Shown piece by piece: positions 18,815 through 29,247 of a DNA stretch of 63,353 nucleotides (the first letter of the stretch is position 1; every line of letters starts with the position of its first letter). Source of the DNA: a virus (taxonomy: Duplodnaviria > Heunggongvirae > Uroviricota > Caudoviricetes); the IMG/VR virus record IMGVR_UViG_3300012324_000010. One strand, written 5' to 3'. The notes below the pieces were generated by a model that saw only the letters and a list, made by a program, of their open reading frames with translations, did no database searches and had not been told where the DNA came from. The position numbers were made by a program, and so were the translations under genes.

Positions 18815-21052
18815 TTAATCACTAATATGGACAAAGTTCTTTTTCTCTTTTACCCAATGAGGAAGATAGTCTTTAACATCTTCATAGGGTTCTGTACTAG
18901 CTACAATTACTGTAGCATAGCTTAATGGCAACCGTGCATTCTCAGCCAAAGGCCAATGAAAAAGACAATCAGTAAAAAGAATAAGAACATCAGGTGAAGG
19001 GTAGTTTCTTCCCCTAAATTTTACTCCTTTTTTAGCAACCCTAGCAACAGTATCACCAAATTTAGCACTAGATCCATCAAAAGTTTTTCCAATATTTTTG
19101 ACAATACTATGAGCAGGAGAAGTAGAATAAGCCACATATTTAATAGAGTTATCAGCAGCAGCCATGACCACAGGTTGAGAATACTGAATGAGTATCTTTT
19201 GCACTACTCCTGCAAACTCACTAATGGTTTTCTTTTTTCTTCTTAGCATTGAAGGAGAAGCATCCACTAAAACAGTAACCTCTGGAGGGTAAGTAACAAA
19301 CCCCATCATAATAGGCATATCAGGTTGCTGGTTAGGGTTTTGCTTTGCATAAGACAGATCTGATTGTCCAGCCATTTGAGCGCGAGACACACTTAAAGTA
19401 ACTAGTTTTCTTAAAACTTTTTGCCAGGGAACTACTGGTTTCCTTAGCTTTTCATTAGACCAAGCAATAAAACTATCACCAGCGGTAAATCCACCATTTT
19501 TAGGTAAAGAGTCATTATGTTCCTGGATGCTTTCTGCTAGTTCTTTATCTAGTTCTGATCTTTCTTCTGCAGATATACCCACAGCAGAAGTGTCTTGCCT
19601 ATGTTGTGGAATATCAAAGTTGTGTTCTCCAGATTCGCCAACAGAATCTTTTGCTCTATCCATAAGATGTTGATATTCTTTTTTCAGTTCATCATGATCC
19701 TCTTGTGTCCCTTGAGGTGTAGAGTCATCCATCTCATCAGCAAGATGTGCTTCTATTCCAGTCATATCATCTTTCTGGTTGAGATCTGGAGAAGAACTAG
19801 ATTGCGGAGAGGTTTGGACACTAGGTTTACCTTCTTTCCCCTCCCAAGGATTTTCTACTTCTTCTGACTCTTCTTTATTCAGTGATTGACTTTGAGGAGA
19901 GCTTTTTTCTCTTTGTGGAATATCACTATGCATATCATCATAAGACTGTGAAATAGACTGCTCTATAGAGGAAAGATCATCTTCTTTTTCTCCTGATGAA
20001 TGGTTTTCTTTATCTGTACCATTTTCTTGTTGTTGAGGATTATCTATACGGTGAGGTTGTGTATTTACTGGTGGCGGAGTACTCATATCACTATCTGTAT
20101 TAGCAGGTGATGCATGGTGCTCATCATGAGAATAGTCACCCCTAAAAGGAGAAGGTGGTTGCTGCATGAAAGAGTTTTTATCAGAGCTGTTTTCTGCATC
20201 TCCATGTGAAGAGTTTTTATCATCACTATAAGAAGAATCATGTGAGCTATTTTCTTCCTCTTTGTTATTGTGAGAGCTTGTCTCATCACCTTGCTCAGGA
20301 GAAGAAGAATCACCAGGGGTGTTTTCTCCTTGGGAAGACCCCGTATTCCTCCCACTGTCACCAGCTTTACCTTCTCCTGATTCTCCACCTACTGGAGGAG
20401 AAAAAGATTCTTCATCACCATCTTGTTGCTGGTTATTGTTTTCATCTTGTGCATTAGAAGATTCATCTTGGTTATCATCTTCCTCATTGTGATTAAGATG
20501 TTCCTCTTCTTCCCTTTCATTTTTGTCTATGATCATTTGAATATATTTTTCAGCAGTCAAGCCAGAATCAAAACCAAAATCTTCTGGAATAAGCCACCCT
20601 TCAGGAAGATGAGGTGGATTGGTAGCATCATAGGATGCAAGATATGACTTATCAATAACTTTGGAAGCAATATCTATCCATTGATATTCAGAAACAGAAG
20701 AAAACTTCTTATTAATATCATCATTGATCTCCAAAGATTGACCTAGACCAATGATGTCTCTTCTTACTACAGGGTGATCTTCTTCATAACGCTGTGCTCT
20801 ACTATCCATAGACCTTAAAGACTGCTGCAATGCAAATTCCAATGCAATAGCAATATCCATAAGATTATGAGATTGTATGAACTCTAACCCTACTGTCATG
20901 ACCAGGGAAGAAGAACCCATAATAGACAAAGAATCATCATAAACATAGGTAAAATCGCACTTTGTAAGATATACATGCCACCAAGGAGACCACACTACAA
21001 CAAGATTTTGCGCTCTGGATACTTTGTGTGCAGCTGCACTAGGAGTAATCAT
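18815..21052 (-). CDS. DUF2201-type protein (metallopeptidase-like N-domain, disordered linker, VWA domain)
   Basis: LEINDDI, GLTAEKY, PVVPWQKVL, SY..NP, VLVDASPSM (DxSxS MIDAS), LILFTD. Confidence 0.75.
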   Translation of the reverse strand: MITPSAAAHKVSRAQNLVVVWSPWWHVYLTKCDFTYVYDDSLSIMGSSSLVMTVGLEFIQSHNLMDIAIALEFALQQSLRSMDSRAQRYEEDHPVVRRDIIGLGQSLEINDDINKKFSSVSEYQWIDIASKVIDKSYLASYDATNPPHLPEGWLIPEDFGFDSGLTAEKYIQMIIDKNEREEEEHLNHNEEDDNQDESSNAQDENNNQQQDGDEESFSPPVGGESGEGKAGDSGRNTGSSQGENTPGDSSSPEQGDETSSHNNKEEENSSHDSSYSDDKNSSHGDAENSSDKNSFMQQPPSPFRGDYSHDEHHASPANTDSDMSTPPPVNTQPHRIDNPQQQENGTDKENHSSGEKEDDLSSIEQSISQSYDDMHSDIPQREKSSPQSQSLNKEESEEVENPWEGKEGKPSVQTSPQSSSSPDLNQKDDMTGIEAHLADEMDDSTPQGTQEDHDELKKEYQHLMDRAKDSVGESGEHNFDIPQHRQDTSAVGISAEERSELDKELAESIQEHNDSLPKNGGFTAGDSFIAWSNEKLRKPVVPWQKVLRKLVTLSVSRAQMAGQSDLSYAKQNPNQQPDMPIMMGFVTYPPEVTVLVDASPSMLRRKKKTISEFAGVVQKILIQYSQPVVMAAADNSIKYVAYSTSPAHSIVKNIGKTFDGSSAKFGDTVARVAKKGVKFRGRNYPSPDVLILFTDCLFHWPLAENARLPLSYATVIVASTEPYEDVKDYLPHWVKEKKNFVHISD

Positions 21053-21978
21053 CTAAAAGCCCCCTTAGTTAAAGAAATAGAAGAAGTATAATCAACCCCA
21101 CTATTATATTGCTTGACATATTTTTCTGGATTAAGTATTCCTTGTGTTACAGCTGAAAAACGCAACTCTTTTTCTACATCAGCAGTATAGACTTCATCCA
21201 CTTTATCCTCATAAGGAACAATGGTATATCTGTCAGAAAAATGTATCCAACGCAAAGAAGTGACCTTTCTAATAGCATGTGCAATGCTTAAAGAACTATC
21301 TCCTTGTGGAACATAAACATTAATACCCTTATTGTCTATCCATACATTGTCAGTATTGTTGAGCTTGTCTATCTCCTCTTCATTGAAAAACTTTCTTGCA
21401 TCAGGAAAATTCACATAAGGAACCTGTGATACATAAATAGGAGACAAACTTTCTTTTTCTCCCATAAGGATTTTTCCATAGACAGATTTTAATCCTACTG
21501 TACCTTTCTTTTCATCAATATAGTAAGGCATGATGCTTGCAGGAAGGGTGAGAACATCACCTCCAAAAATAAAGTTGATATAATCACGCACAGAAGTAAA
21601 TCTTCTCCATTGCTGGTTGTCTTTTCCAGGATGGTACAAGTTAGAAATGATGGTTGCTGCTGCTTCTTTTTCTTCTCCCCTTAAAGCATGGGTATAGACT
21701 TTTATACCATGATGGGTAACTTCTACAGCATTGTGGTATTTACTATACACTGCATAACACATGGAGTAAAACTTATTGATATCAAAAGAAGTCATAGGAA
21801 TATAATGAGGATAAATACCAATATTCCACACATTGTTAGAAGTAGAGATAAATACCTTTGAGTTAAAAACATAAGTCTTATCTTGTGTCCCTATATCCTT
21901 GTAAAGAAGAGGGTGAATATCCTTTACTTGGATAAGGTCAAAAAAATCATCATAGTAAATCTTATCCCATAAACTCAC
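21049..21978 (-). CDS. Hypothetical protein
   Basis: 309 aa ORF overlapping both neighbours by 4 nt. Confidence 0.7.
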   Translation of the reverse strand: MSLWDKIYYDDFFDLIQVKDIHPLLYKDIGTQDKTYVFNSKVFISTSNNVWNIGIYPHYIPMTSFDINKFYSMCYAVYSKYHNAVEVTHHGIKVYTHALRGEEKEAAATIISNLYHPGKDNQQWRRFTSVRDYINFIFGGDVLTLPASIMPYYIDEKKGTVGLKSVYGKILMGEKESLSPIYVSQVPYVNFPDARKFFNEEEIDKLNNTDNVWIDNKGINVYVPQGDSSLSIAHAIRKVTSLRWIHFSDRYTIVPYEDKVDEVYTADVEKELRFSAVTQGILNPEKYVKQYNSGVDYTSSISLTKGAFR

Positions 21979-23312
21979 TTTTTACCCCTCCCTCTCACAC
22001 TCATTTTCTCCACATCATCATAAGATCTTGGGAATATATCATTTTTCATCCAATAAGGAGTATGCAGTGCTGATGCAGTATTGATGACAACATTTCTTCT
22101 TGTTTGAGCATCACTAAACTGTGGATCTGGCCTATCATAAGCTAAAAACTTATTATCCACCATGGAAAAAGCCATAAGTCTTGTTGCAGCTTGAGATACA
22201 GCATTATCACCAGGAAACCACCACGCTGCATTAGCAAGACCAATATGACTCAAAGCTTTTTGTCTAGAATACTCATCAGGACAATATTGACGAGAAATAT
22301 CTGCTACACCACCATAAATACCACGGTAGAGCATCTTTCTATTGCTTCTCCATCTAGTATCTACAAAAATAACAGAAATATCCAAATTGGAATTAGCAAT
22401 CACACCCACCCATGATGCAGCTTTATGAACAATATCATCCAAAGAGTGCATAGTGCTCATGCGAGAAGTAGAAAGTTCTAAAATCACTAAAGATCCATTA
22501 TTTGTCACCACAATAGCATCACCATGACTTCTTCTAGTGCGCATATTGTCTGTAGGAGTATGGAACAAATGTTCAGCTCCAAAATAATCTCCCCACACTC
22601 CTGCTACATTATCTCCTTGCTCACATAGTCTTAAACACATTTCTGTTAAAAATAGGTTGTGACGCAAAGCTGTAGCACCACTAGAACCAGGAGGAGGAGA
22701 TACATCATCTCTTCCTCCCAGAGTCAATGCACGAGCTAGAGCATCCATGTTGTCAAAATAAGCCTTTGATTCAGGACTATTAATCTTCATCCACCATAGC
22801 TTTCCTAACTTTTCTTGATGTATCCATCCATCATAAGGGGTAAGAAGAACACCAGCATGATATAAAGTCATACATGCTTCATCCACCTCTTGTGAAGACA
22901 AACCTGTTAAAGCTTGTATTTGTGGTTGAGTGGCAACGTTGAACTGACTTAACACAGCAAAAACCCTCTGGCAGTTATAGTGATATAGCTCATAATCAGC
23001 CATCATAACAGGAGAAGTTTTTGATACTTGCTTTAAAGAGATATCCCCTGTAGGGGTGGGAACTAAAGCAGGAAACTCTACCTGCGGAGTAGAAAAATCC
23101 AACTTTCTCACATCATCATATTTGATACTGCGCAAAAGCTCTTGTCTTTCCCAAAAAGGATAGTTGCAGCGAGAAGAATAATCAGCAGCCCACAATGGAT
23201 TATTTTTAGCATTATCCTGCAAGAACTGCTGATTTCCAGGAGTAATAAAATCTCCACCATCACCACGAGTTAAGACATCATCAATATATCCATCATAATA
23301 TGTTTCTGACAA
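21975..23312 (-). CDS. Replication-relaxation-like protein (wHTH plus PD-(D/E)xK-like), candidate relaxase
   Basis: wHTH-like ATQPQIQALTG..L..AGVL; LRHNLFLTE; HGDAIVV..VILEL; adjacent to a VirD4-like gene. Confidence 0.55.
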   Translation of the reverse strand: MSETYYDGYIDDVLTRGDGGDFITPGNQQFLQDNAKNNPLWAADYSSRCNYPFWERQELLRSIKYDDVRKLDFSTPQVEFPALVPTPTGDISLKQVSKTSPVMMADYELYHYNCQRVFAVLSQFNVATQPQIQALTGLSSQEVDEACMTLYHAGVLLTPYDGWIHQEKLGKLWWMKINSPESKAYFDNMDALARALTLGGRDDVSPPPGSSGATALRHNLFLTEMCLRLCEQGDNVAGVWGDYFGAEHLFHTPTDNMRTRRSHGDAIVVTNNGSLVILELSTSRMSTMHSLDDIVHKAASWVGVIANSNLDISVIFVDTRWRSNRKMLYRGIYGGVADISRQYCPDEYSRQKALSHIGLANAAWWFPGDNAVSQAATRLMAFSMVDNKFLAYDRPDPQFSDAQTRRNVVINTASALHTPYWMKNDIFPRSYDDVEKMSVRGRGKK

Positions 23313-23365
23313 TAGTTTTAACTCCTTGTGTATAGGTATTATATATTTTTTAAATAGTTGAAATG

Positions 23366-26300
23366 TTAAGCCCAGGTAAGACCTGCATCATCATTACCAC
23401 TGTCATAACCATCCATCATATCACCATGATGAGAATCAATATAATTGGTAGAGTCATCATATATTTCATTGGAAGAATGGAAGTCTTCTGCTTTTTTCTT
23501 CTTGTCCTCAGAAATCTGTTCCTTTTCTTCATAAAGAAGCTTCTCAAAAGCATCTTCTACTGTATGTGAAGAGTTAAGTGCTTCTACCAAAGTAGGGAAA
23601 TATGGAACCTTCATAGTAAAAGCGTTGCGTCTTATACCACCAATTCTCAAATCAGCAATACAATATCCTGTAGGCATAGAACTAATGTTTTCTTGAGCAT
23701 ATCTAGTTTTATCTCCTAGCTGCTCCATAACTACAGTTCTATCCTGATTGTCTTCCAGTGAGAAATACAGCTTAGAAGTCATTCCCCTTACAGTAGCTAC
23801 AGCTTCTGAAGGAAGCTGTGTATAGCGTTGGAATCCTACAGCATGAGAAGTTCCATAAGAGCGTCCAATATCAGATACCTCAGCAACAATATCACCTAGT
23901 TGTGAATCATCTTTCTTGTTGTTTGTACCTGTAATATTCTTCAACTCATCAACAAAGATTGGGGTGAATTTATTCTGCTTAGCCCATCCAGCACAGTTGT
24001 CTTTGATGGAAGACCACAGCATGTAATGGAAAAACATAGAGAACATAGGAATATTCTCAGAAGAAATAGAAGAGTTTCTATGTGTAAGATCTACAATCAC
24101 AGGACCTTCATAATGAACAAAGGAAGAAAGGGGAACCTCTTCACGTTTTTCACCTGAATGGGTAGTAGTCTCCCATAGACCAGAAGAAGAAGCCAACATA
24201 GGAATCTTGTTTCTCAAAGGATTAAGAGCTTCTGTGGTATTGTACAAGGAAATCAACTGATCCAAAGCAGGGGTGATCTCACTAATGCGCATGACTTCTC
24301 TTTCACCCCTCTTAGAAATCTGTTCAGCTTTCTTCTGTGGATTGATAAGAATAGACTTGTAACCAGTAGCAATCCTTTCTATGATTCCTTCTGATTTATT
24401 CTTTCCTCCACCAGGAGCTACCACTTTGCGAGAAGTATCTACCAAATTCAAAGTAGGATCAGAACCAATAAGAAGATTCATCACTTCCATAATATTAGGT
24501 CTATCAGGGTTGGAGACTCTAGAAGATATACCTAAAACATCTCTTTCTTTTCTATTAAGCAACATAGCAATAGTCAAAGAAGAGTGAGCTACCATTTTAG
24601 AACGAGAACCAAAAGATCCTGCTCCCCACAATTTTTCCATACCAGCAATAATGGTACTTATATTTCTTTTAATATCTTTAATATCAGCCCCATCTTCAAA
24701 ACGAGGACCTTCAAAGCACACTCTCTTTTCTGTGTCCCTATTATGAACCATAAGGACTAGAGGATCATACTCTTCAACATTGGAGATGATTCCATCAATA
24801 TCCTCACTCTTAGTCTCTAGCCAAAATGGTGTAAAAGTGTACTCATTACTATTTCTAGATAAACGAGAAACACCTGCATAGAGATTAGAAAGAGCATTAG
24901 TCTTACCACTACCACGAGCACCAGCTAAGGCAATACCATTATTGAGGTCTTTTACAGTAAACATAACTGGATCAAAAGTTCTTACACTAGTTCCCAAAAG
25001 TGCAACTTTATCTTTGGCAATATCACCTTTAATATCTTGAACAACAGAAGAAGACATGGCAACTTGTGGAATAGCTTGAGAGGAGATATTGGATACACCT
25101 TTTCCATCTCTAGGCATAGAAGCAAATTGCATCATAGATGTTTGATAGAGAGGAATAACCTCTCGGTGAGAAGGTTCTGGAACATACTGACTTTGATCAT
25201 AAGATCCACTAAACTTAAATTTACTTGTAGGAATCAATTTATGAAGTGATAAAGCTAGTGTCCTTCTTAAAGAAACCCTGGTAAAAGCAGGAACAGGAGG
25301 GTTAGCTTCTGTCTGTGCAGACATACTCATCCACTGTGAAGACATAATAGGAAGTCCAATGACTGCAATCATAGAAATGGCCACAAGAGTCAAAGGCATC
25401 CATAGTGGAACAAAACCTACAAAACCTAAAAGTGTAAGGAGCAGTGAAGGTATTATACAAAATATACCAGCACGGCGGTGCAAGGTTTCATATTTTACTG
25501 ATGATGTGCGAGTTCCAATAGATGGCATATTTGAACTTACAGTGCGCAAAACAGAATTTGATATTGAATAATCACCATTGTCAGAATAAGCGGTGATAGT
25601 ACCTCTACATGGTGATTTACTCAAGAAAATATTGACATTTCTTGCTGTCAAATCAAGCTTTGCTGCATCTCCACCTTCTGCAACATTATCAGAAAGTATC
25701 TTCTTTTTCATTAGATGCTCTTCCCTATTGCTCATTGGTTCATAAGAAACAATGACGCTAGCACCTTCTTTAATTCCAGAACTAGATTGCAGCCTAGAAA
25801 TAACACCACCTACAGTAGAGTTATTTGGTGAATCATTAAAGTTTGCTGTGTCATAATCTTCTCTCACCAAGGTCATAGGAGCCTGGGAAACAAATCCAAT
25901 GTCATCAAAATCTACAGGTTCTACAGAACAGTTAGCACCAGCAGCCCAAGATGAAAGAACATTTTCATCATAATGTTTTTCATCCATACCAATATACATA
26001 TGTGCTTGCTCATCTTCAGGGTTGAGCCTTATCATTATAAGGTATCTAGGACGGTTAAATTGGAATCCAAAGTTAATACCAGTAGAGGTGTTTTTCATAA
26101 TGTTGGCCATATTGTCCATTTGTCCAACAGAGTTATTTGTTTCATTATCAGAAATGATTCCTTCATATACAACTTCTGACCAAACAATCTTTCCACACAT
26201 AAGCCTGCGGTATTTACTATACAACCATCTGAAGAAGTACTGAGCCAATGTCATCACAACAAATACACCAACAACAGCGGTGATAATACTAAAGATGACA

Positions 26301-26455
26301 TTGATGATAAACATTGCAATGTCTCCAGCGCCATGATCTCCTAGAGAGAAGTTGAGAAAAGAGAACTCAGAATCACCAATAGCACCTTGAGCTTTAGTAA
26401 TCCATCCCCATAGTTTGTCTAGGAATCCTGTATCCCTTGCTATATTTGATGACAT
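23366..26455 (-). CDS. VirD4/TraD-like coupling ATPase
   Basis: TM segments; GARGSGKT Walker A; IFVDE Walker B; GRSYG ... FQRYTQL. Confidence 0.72.
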   Translation of the reverse strand: MSSNIARDTGFLDKLWGWITKAQGAIGDSEFSFLNFSLGDHGAGDIAMFIINVIFSIITAVVGVFVVMTLAQYFFRWLYSKYRRLMCGKIVWSEVVYEGIISDNETNNSVGQMDNMANIMKNTSTGINFGFQFNRPRYLIMIRLNPEDEQAHMYIGMDEKHYDENVLSSWAAGANCSVEPVDFDDIGFVSQAPMTLVREDYDTANFNDSPNNSTVGGVISRLQSSSGIKEGASVIVSYEPMSNREEHLMKKKILSDNVAEGGDAAKLDLTARNVNIFLSKSPCRGTITAYSDNGDYSISNSVLRTVSSNMPSIGTRTSSVKYETLHRRAGIFCIIPSLLLTLLGFVGFVPLWMPLTLVAISMIAVIGLPIMSSQWMSMSAQTEANPPVPAFTRVSLRRTLALSLHKLIPTSKFKFSGSYDQSQYVPEPSHREVIPLYQTSMMQFASMPRDGKGVSNISSQAIPQVAMSSSVVQDIKGDIAKDKVALLGTSVRTFDPVMFTVKDLNNGIALAGARGSGKTNALSNLYAGVSRLSRNSNEYTFTPFWLETKSEDIDGIISNVEEYDPLVLMVHNRDTEKRVCFEGPRFEDGADIKDIKRNISTIIAGMEKLWGAGSFGSRSKMVAHSSLTIAMLLNRKERDVLGISSRVSNPDRPNIMEVMNLLIGSDPTLNLVDTSRKVVAPGGGKNKSEGIIERIATGYKSILINPQKKAEQISKRGEREVMRISEITPALDQLISLYNTTEALNPLRNKIPMLASSSGLWETTTHSGEKREEVPLSSFVHYEGPVIVDLTHRNSSISSENIPMFSMFFHYMLWSSIKDNCAGWAKQNKFTPIFVDELKNITGTNNKKDDSQLGDIVAEVSDIGRSYGTSHAVGFQRYTQLPSEAVATVRGMTSKLYFSLEDNQDRTVVMEQLGDKTRYAQENISSMPTGYCIADLRIGGIRRNAFTMKVPYFPTLVEALNSSHTVEDAFEKLLYEEKEQISEDKKKKAEDFHSSNEIYDDSTNYIDSHHGDMMDGYDSGNDDAGLTWA

Positions 26456-26491
26456 ATCTTTCCTTTACACTTGATATATTATGTCCCTTTT

Positions 26492-27715
26492 TTATCTTAG
26501 GCTTTCTTCAAAATCTAGCATAGAATCATACTGTTGGTTCATAGTACCTTGTTTGTTCAGCCTTACATTAAGCTCAACAACAGTAGCGAAGGGTTCTTCT
26601 CCATGCTGAACTCTTCTATAGTTGATAAAATGCAATCTTAATCTATTCCATGCTGTAGAATACACCTCAGCCATTGTTTCAATAACAATGTCAAAACCAT
26701 GCTCACCTTGGTTACCATTACTAAATGCTTCCCTAATAGCATTGTCAATCTTGTCAAAAGCAACTTTGCGAAGATTTTCTTTGCTCATAGAAATAGACAT
26801 AGCAGTGGCCATCCAAGATATTCTTGCAGCACCACCAGGGTTTCCTTCAGCAATAGCTTTTACAGGAAGCTCAAGAATTGATGCAGACCTGTTAAAGCGC
26901 TCCACCAAGGGGATGACCACATCATAAATATTGCGTGTTTCTCTGAGGAGATCGGAGACAACGGTATCACCTTCTCTAGATCTTTGTGAATATTTTTCTG
27001 CAATAGAAGTTAGCCTAGGATAGATACGTTCATTCCATGTTCCTCCAGGAGAGCTATAAGAAGCATCAGAATCATAGATATCATCACCCAACACACTCAA
27101 AGCAAATCCATACTCATCAGCTTGTGTTTTAAGCATTTTTACTGATTCTTTCTTTTGAATCTCAGCACATCTTAATAGAGCTTTGTCATATTCTTCTTGT
27201 GCAGACTCTGCAGAAGTATCAAAATCTTTTTCATCTAACATGTGATACCCATCAGTTACAGAATTGTCAGCAATCTTATGATAAGTCTTAATCTGAGCTT
27301 CTGTGTATTTGAAATCATTAATCTCTAGAAAATCAATCCAACGAGCATACTCATCAAAATAACCAAAAGCATCAATGAGATAGAACATTCTAATGCACCA
27401 CTCTTGATTGGATTCATTTTCTTTCTTAGAGGTAAGCTCAGGATCAATCCAATAGATGGGGTGTCCTAGAAAAGCAGGAGAAACATTTTTAGGAGCTAGT
27501 CTAATATTTCCATAAGCTTTCTTCACATCAGGAATAGGCATGAAAGGATATCCCCAAGAATTGAGCGCAAACTGTGTTGGTCTTAATCCTGATATCTTTT
27601 GAAACTTCTCTACTTTTGCATACACTTCCAAAGTGGAAAGAATCCTTGCATCCTTCTCCATGACTTTGGCACCTAGTCCAAAATCACCAAAGAACTCATA
27701 ACTTTTATCACTCAT
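26492..27715 (-). CDS. Hypothetical protein in the transfer region
   Basis: 407 aa; HPIYWIDP ... EWCIRM ... WIDFL globular N-half, helical C-half. Confidence 0.7.
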   Translation of the reverse strand: MSDKSYEFFGDFGLGAKVMEKDARILSTLEVYAKVEKFQKISGLRPTQFALNSWGYPFMPIPDVKKAYGNIRLAPKNVSPAFLGHPIYWIDPELTSKKENESNQEWCIRMFYLIDAFGYFDEYARWIDFLEINDFKYTEAQIKTYHKIADNSVTDGYHMLDEKDFDTSAESAQEEYDKALLRCAEIQKKESVKMLKTQADEYGFALSVLGDDIYDSDASYSSPGGTWNERIYPRLTSIAEKYSQRSREGDTVVSDLLRETRNIYDVVIPLVERFNRSASILELPVKAIAEGNPGGAARISWMATAMSISMSKENLRKVAFDKIDNAIREAFSNGNQGEHGFDIVIETMAEVYSTAWNRLRLHFINYRRVQHGEEPFATVVELNVRLNKQGTMNQQYDSMLDFEESLR

Positions 27716-27808
27716 ATTTTTATGTCCCTTGTTGTTGTAGGAATTTATTTCATCTAGTCTTTAAGAGTATCAATAAAGGACATATTTTTGCTTTTGTGCA
27801 GTTTTGTT

Positions 27809-29122
27809 TTATAGCCTAGACAAAGACACAGAACTTAGTAGCTTTTCCAAAGAACTCTTAAGCTGCTTAGTGGGTCTTTCAACACTAATGAAAACAGTTT
27901 TCCCTTTAATGGAGATATCAGATCTATCTGGATCATCAATGATTCCTCTCCACCGTGAAGAAAGGATTTTCCTTCCATAATGAGACTGCACCAAATGTTC
28001 TACAACATCCTCTACAGAAGTATCCTTTTTCACCTCTAAAATGGATTCTAAGCGACTTTTATCCTCTTTGCTATTGATTACACCAGAAGATGATTGAGAA
28101 GACATTACAGGCACACAGGAAGCGATTTTAGAAGCAGTCATTAAAGCTGGGGTAGAAGCAGAAAGAGAAGAACATACCATAGACAATTCAGCAATAGCCC
28201 TAGACAAAGAAGCTGTTTGAGATCTATCCTTCCCATCCATCAGGGAAAAGATATCATCCATAATAGATTGAACTAGAGAGACAGGATGAATAGAGTCTTC
28301 TTTGCATGCTTGTTGAGACAAGGAAAGCACCTGTGTGATATCTCCCTGAATAAAAAGCTGTGCTATCTCATCAGCAAAATTTAACTCTTTTGCACCTTGT
28401 GATACACCATGAAAAATGATTCCAGATAAAGTGGTAATAGCTTGTCTAGCAGAACCTTGTGATCTCCTTACAGCATAGTCAATATCATCTTGGGAAACTT
28501 CATTCCACAAATGCTCATTTTCTGCATTCTTTTCTACCAAGCGGTGAAGAACTTTTTCTACATCTTCATCAGTTAAAGGATTAACAGGAATGATAGGAAC
28601 ACGAGAAACAATGGTATCTGGAATAACCTCTGGATTGGTAGTAGTAGCAATAAATAATACGTTATGAGGTGGTTGCTCCATAGGCTTTAAAAGAGTAGAA
28701 AAAGCTTCTTTAGTCAGCATATGAATCTCATCTAAAATATAAACTCTAAAACCTGTATTGATAGCCAAATTCATAGATGATAAAACTTGCTTAATATCAT
28801 TAATACCACGCTTTTCTGCTGCGTTAATCTCCTCAATTGCAGGATGAGCACCTTTGAGAGCAAGAAGACAAGAAGAGCACTCATTGCATGGATCACCAGT
28901 ATGAGGATCTCTATTAGTACAATTGACACTCCTAGCAATAATCCTTGCTGCTGAAGTCTTACCACAACCTTTAGGACCAGCAAGAATATACCCTTGTCCA
29001 GAGATCTTTCCAGAACCTAGCCTTTTTCCTACACCCTCAATAAAAACTTGTCCTACCATATCAGAAAAAGTCATGGGGCGTGCTTCATCAGCCACATTGA
29101 CCATGATATCTGTATTGCTCAT
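27809..29122 (-). CDS. dnaX: DNA polymerase III gamma/tau clamp-loader subunit
   Basis: RPMTFSDMVGQ, GPKGCGKTS, C..PCNECSSC, ILDEIHML, LLKPMEQPP, FIATTT. Confidence 0.92.
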   Translation of the reverse strand: MSNTDIMVNVADEARPMTFSDMVGQVFIEGVGKRLGSGKISGQGYILAGPKGCGKTSAARIIARSVNCTNRDPHTGDPCNECSSCLLALKGAHPAIEEINAAEKRGINDIKQVLSSMNLAINTGFRVYILDEIHMLTKEAFSTLLKPMEQPPHNVLFIATTTNPEVIPDTIVSRVPIIPVNPLTDEDVEKVLHRLVEKNAENEHLWNEVSQDDIDYAVRRSQGSARQAITTLSGIIFHGVSQGAKELNFADEIAQLFIQGDITQVLSLSQQACKEDSIHPVSLVQSIMDDIFSLMDGKDRSQTASLSRAIAELSMVCSSLSASTPALMTASKIASCVPVMSSQSSSGVINSKEDKSRLESILEVKKDTSVEDVVEHLVQSHYGRKILSSRWRGIIDDPDRSDISIKGKTVFISVERPTKQLKSSLEKLLSSVSLSRL

Positions 29123-29197
29123 TTGTTCTCCTTTATCAAGGTGTGTTTTTGGGTGTTTTCATCTCTATAAAGATTAACATGCTAGATCTAACAAAAG

Positions 29198-29232
29198 AAA
29201 AACACCCAGGAAATCAACTCCTGAGTGTTTTT
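29198..29232. terminator. Bidirectional terminator-like hairpin
   Basis: AAAAACACCCAGG ... CCTGAGTGTTTTT. Confidence 0.6.
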
Positions 29233-29247
29233 GTCTCTACCTTTTAC

